NCBI GenBank assembly: GCA_963720465.1
Contig: OY970393.1
Location: 128,001-192,000 of the forward strand
Direction: 5' to 3'
Length of the DNA: 64,000 bases
From: Methanobacteriota archaeon
Lineage (GTDB): Archaea; Halobacteriota; Bog-38; Methanoflorentales; Methanoflorentaceae
The notes beneath the pieces were generated by a model. That model had not been told where the DNA came from, did no database searches, and saw nothing but the letters and a program-made list of their open reading frames with translations. Shown one piece after another: positions 61,048 through 64,000 of this stretch. Every line of letters starts with the position of its first letter. Position 1 is the first letter of the stretch. The translations under genes were made by a program, and so were the position numbers.

Positions 61048-61417
61048 TTGAAGACCTGTAACGATCCAGTGCGCATTGTAAATTAGACAAATTGATAACA
61101 ATATGCAGTCTAGTTATTCCTTGCTATTTGTTTAATTTGAATTTCTTTCAAATTCTGCACAGAAGATGCTGTGCCAAGAATCGTGCTGCCATTTAGTATT
61201 GTTATCAACGACCGGCGACTAATGAATGTCTCCTGAGCGCGTGCCGAAAGTGTGCCGCTCGGCCGTTGGTTAAGATTGCCACATTTTTTTAAAAGGTGAA
61301 CAAGCCGCTCCCCGCAACGTCCTTTTGGCTGCGTGCATGAAACAGTTGACCCAGTGGTTAGCAGTTTTTTATAAAAAAAATGAACGGAGCCCAATATGGC
61401 GTTATCCCGTAGTCGGG

Positions 61418-61425
61418 TTTATATA
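61418..61425 (+). promoter_or_regulatory. Archaeal TATA box for the terminase operon
   Basis: TTTATATA about 33 nt upstream of ATG 61458, which has an AGGTGA ribosome-binding site. Confidence 0.6.
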
Positions 61426-61457
61426 CGCGTTTTTGTAGACGCATGTTAGGTGATAAC

Positions 61458-61604
61458 ATGGTACGATATCAGAACACGAAGTCGATTACGATCGACAAAC
61501 TTATCGCTCCCTCGCGTCGGCCCACGGAGATCCGAGGGGTCGGCTCTGAAGGAATGCGTGTTGAAAGAACAGGAGTGGACGAAATAAGGCGAGGCGATCG
61601 GTAA
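61458..61604 (+). CDS. 48-aa leader ORF of the terminase operon, not in the ORF track
   Basis: MVRYQNTKSITIDKLIAPSRRPTEIRGVGSEGMRVERTGVDEIRRGDR. It has an AGGTGA ribosome-binding site and its TAA abuts the next ATG (TAAATG). Confidence 0.55.
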   Translation: MVRYQNTKSITIDKLIAPSRRPTEIRGVGSEGMRVERTGVDEIRRGDR

Positions 61605-61931
61605 ATGCCCTATGCAGACCCCGACCGGCGTCGTGAATACGACAAGGAATACAAGCAGATGGTGCGGGTCCAGGGACGGACAAAAAAAGGCATGGAAACC
61701 CGTCTAACCGCCCTTGAAATTAAAGAGGCTGAAGACCTGCGCGGCCTCGTCAACGAAGTTGTCGATGAGGCACGAAACGCCGATAGCTCTTCTTTACCGC
61801 TTGAGGCCAAGTTGCGAATCAAGTTACGGGCCGTGGAGATCGGCCTTCGGGTCATTGAGATCACGAATCACGAGCGACGGATAGCTGCGCTCGAGGACAA
61901 ATCCCATGGAGAGACACGAACCTCGAATTAG
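61605..61931 (+). CDS. Putative terminase small subunit-like helical protein
   Basis: Overlaps the terL start; helical, with a C-terminal ERRIAALE coil. Assignment is mainly positional. Confidence 0.5.
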   Translation: MPYADPDRRREYDKEYKQMVRVQGRTKKGMETRLTALEIKEAEDLRGLVNEVVDEARNADSSSLPLEAKLRIKLRAVEIGLRVIEITNHERRIAALEDKSHGETRTSN

Positions 61932-63816
61932 CAAACTTGAAAAGTTCCATACGGCTCGAGCTGGGGCTGAGCACGAGATTCCGCGTGATCCCGTGGCGTT
62001 CGCGAGGTTGTTGGGCGTAGAGCCCGACCCTTGGCAATGCGATCTCCTTTACGCAACGGATCAGCACATCATCCTTAATTGCGCGCGACAGTCCGGTAAA
62101 TCGACGATTGTCGCTCTCCGTGCGCTTCATCACGCCCTGACAACCCCCGGCTCACTTGTGCTCATCCTTTCGCCATCACTGCGGCAGTCCGGGGAGCTCT
62201 TCAAGAAGATAACCGAGTTTTATCGTGACCTCGGCACACGCGAAGGCAGCGACGGCATCTCAGCTACCACGTTGCAACTCAAAAACCGGAGCCGCATAGT
62301 ATCGCTCCCTGGATCAGAATCGACGATCCGGGGCTATAGCGCGCCGTCCCTCGTGCTGATCGATGAAGCCGCACAGGTTTCCCACGAGTTGTACTACACT
62401 GTGAGGCCTATGCTCGCCACCTCGCAGGGGCAGCTGATCCTCCTCAGCACACCGCGCGGCAAACAGGGAATATTTTGGCATGCGTGGGACCGAGAACCGG
62501 ACTGGAAGAAGGTTAAGGTGACCGCCGACCAATGCCCACGCATCACAGAGGAGTACTTAGACCAGGAGCGGCGCGCATTGCCGGCCGCGTGGTTTGCCCA
62601 AGAATACTGTTGCGAATTCGTGCAGGACGACGCCAGCATCTTTAAAGAAGGATGGATTCAGTATTTCGATCCCGAGTATGTACCAAACATGGATATCATT
62701 ATCCAAGCGTGGGATACAGCGCAAACGAAAAGCAGCACGTCAGATTTCGTAGTAGGCCAGGTTTGGGGCAAAATTGGCGGTGATTTTTATTTGTTAGATC
62801 AAGTTCGTGATAGATGGGATTTTGACGAAACTGTCGCAGCGATCAAAGACTTATCAAAGCACTGGCCCCAATGCAGCTCAAAGATCGTAGAAGCGCAAAC
62901 ACTCGGTGCTGCATTGTCGTCACACTTAAAACACCAAATCCCCGGCATCATTCCCATTCACGTTAAAGGCTCTAAGGAACTGCGAGCCCTCAACTGCGTG
63001 CCGGTCTGGCAATCAAAGAACGTCTACATACCGAAACCGGACGACGGCGAATATGCGTGGGTTCACGAGTATGTAGTCGAACTCCTCAATTTTCCGAACG
63101 CCGGTAATGATGACCAGGTCGATGCGACTACTCTTGCTTTGAATCAGCTGCAAGGAAGGTTATTTCCGAAAGTTAAGGCCGCAGCATACGCTGCTACTGA
63201 TATACCCCCTGTACACGGCCATATCTACACAATAGGATGGGTTCCGGCGCGTTTTGACGACGAGTTTACCGTCGTGGTCTTTGATAGTGACGCGAATGAA
63301 GCCGTAAAGTTCGACAGGATGGCGGCGGAACCGATCGACGGGCAGATTTCACGGATATTTACCACGTCGCGGACATACAACGGCGCCATAGTCAGAGTGA
63401 TTGACGGCTCAGACGAAGCGCTGATCGGCGCAGTCGAGCTCAAAGGCACCTACGTCCAGCGAATTAAGTTTCATAAGCAGAAGTTTGATGCCGCATATGA
63501 AAACCTTAGCCAGCTCCTAAGTAAAAGACTCGTGGATTTGCCGGACAACCGAGAGCTTATGGCCGAGCTCGAGGTGTTCCACAGTGAGCCGACGTTCGAT
63601 GAGTCAGCAGACTACACGGCGCAAATCGCTCGGCAGTCAGGGGTTCACGCGCTCTGTCTTGTGACCCATGATCTCAGCCCTGCACGGTCGGAGTTTAGGC
63701 CAACCGTCTACTATAGCTTTGACAGGGACCAGATCGAGCCCTGGCGGGGGTCGTATTCTCCAGAAAACCCCCCACCACATTCGATTTTAAAGCGTTTTAG
63801 GCGGCCCTTAAGATAA
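61906..63816 (+). CDS. terL: Terminase large subunit with an extra degenerate RNase H-like domain
   Basis: PDPWQ, Walker A ARQSGKS, Walker B VLIDEAA and coupling motif LSTPRG; nuclease QAWDTA..SDF..IVEA..NDDQVDA; second domain YTIGWVPARFDDEFTVVVFD. Confidence 0.88.
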   Translation: MERHEPRISKLEKFHTARAGAEHEIPRDPVAFARLLGVEPDPWQCDLLYATDQHIILNCARQSGKSTIVALRALHHALTTPGSLVLILSPSLRQSGELFKKITEFYRDLGTREGSDGISATTLQLKNRSRIVSLPGSESTIRGYSAPSLVLIDEAAQVSHELYYTVRPMLATSQGQLILLSTPRGKQGIFWHAWDREPDWKKVKVTADQCPRITEEYLDQERRALPAAWFAQEYCCEFVQDDASIFKEGWIQYFDPEYVPNMDIIIQAWDTAQTKSSTSDFVVGQVWGKIGGDFYLLDQVRDRWDFDETVAAIKDLSKHWPQCSSKIVEAQTLGAALSSHLKHQIPGIIPIHVKGSKELRALNCVPVWQSKNVYIPKPDDGEYAWVHEYVVELLNFPNAGNDDQVDATTLALNQLQGRLFPKVKAAAYAATDIPPVHGHIYTIGWVPARFDDEFTVVVFDSDANEAVKFDRMAAEPIDGQISRIFTTSRTYNGAIVRVIDGSDEALIGAVELKGTYVQRIKFHKQKFDAAYENLSQLLSKRLVDLPDNRELMAELEVFHSEPTFDESADYTAQIARQSGVHALCLVTHDLSPARSEFRPTVYYSFDRDQIEPWRGSYSPENPPPHSILKRFRRPLR

Positions 63817-63890
63817 GAAAAGCGTTCGGCGGGCGGTCACGTAACGAAGGTAAAATGTAATAACATCAGCAAAGCGCGCGCCGAAAGCAA

Positions 63891-63964
63891 TGGGCTCGGC
63901 CGGATTCGAACCGGCGACCTCCGCCGTGTGAAGGCGACGTCATAACCACCTAGACCACGAGCCC
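63891..63964 (-). tRNA. trnV: tRNA-Val(CAC)
   Basis: Reverse complement GGGCTCGTGGTCTAGGTGGTTATGACGTCGCCTTCACACGGCGGAGGTCGCCGGTTCGAATCCGGCCGAGCCCA folds to a cloverleaf. Confidence 0.96.
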
Positions 63965-64000
63965 TGTTTTTCACGTCTTTTGCAAAACAGATAAGTTTAT

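Larger units (their letters stand above)
38600..63890. mobile_element. Composite accessory island or integration hot spot ending at the 3' end of tRNA-Val(CAC); left boundary approximate
   Basis: Housekeeping genes stop abruptly. The region has defence-like genes, pseudogenes, patchy base composition, tRNA-Val-like att fragments and a terminase operon abutting the tRNA. No integrase is visible. Confidence 0.55.

Noticed and set aside
1-64000. CRISPR array, rRNA, IS transposase or integrase gene
   Set aside because: No regularly spaced repeats, rRNA-like sequence or DDE/tyrosine recombinase motifs were seen by eye in the sequence or ORF track.

Overview
Archaeal chromosome window from a Halobacteriota-type organism (methanogen or alkanotroph relative; no mcr genes in this window). 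Positions 1-38.6 kb are mostly housekeeping: mer, the cbiTLFGHCDE cobalamin operon, an Lhr helicase, pdxS, alaS, thrC, a por operon with fused gamma-delta subunits, methanogenesis markers 12 and 16, the upper mevalonate genes, tRNA-Thr(GGU) with an intron, and tRNA-Pro(GGG). This part also has a divergent hdrCBA-like/marker-16 versus cysteate synthase/comDE cluster that looks like a coenzyme M biosynthesis module. Positions 38.6-63.9 kb form a patchwork accessory region ending at tRNA-Val(CAC). It carries an ApeA-like HEPN gene, an HD-phosphohydrolase fused to an apparently non-catalytic eIF2B-like domain, and three copies of an unknown small IRLP-motif protein. Two of those copies run into tRNA-Val-like att sequences that bracket cargo genes (glycoside hydrolase, FkbM, membrane proteins). 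The region also has a nurA-herA-mre11-rad50 operon with two frameshifts and a stand-alone three-gene terminase operon whose large subunit has a second, degenerate nuclease domain. The most promising novelties are the HD-eIF2B fusion, the IRLP-ORF/tRNA-half cassette array and the capsid-less terminase operon. All calls come from reading motifs by eye; no searches were run.
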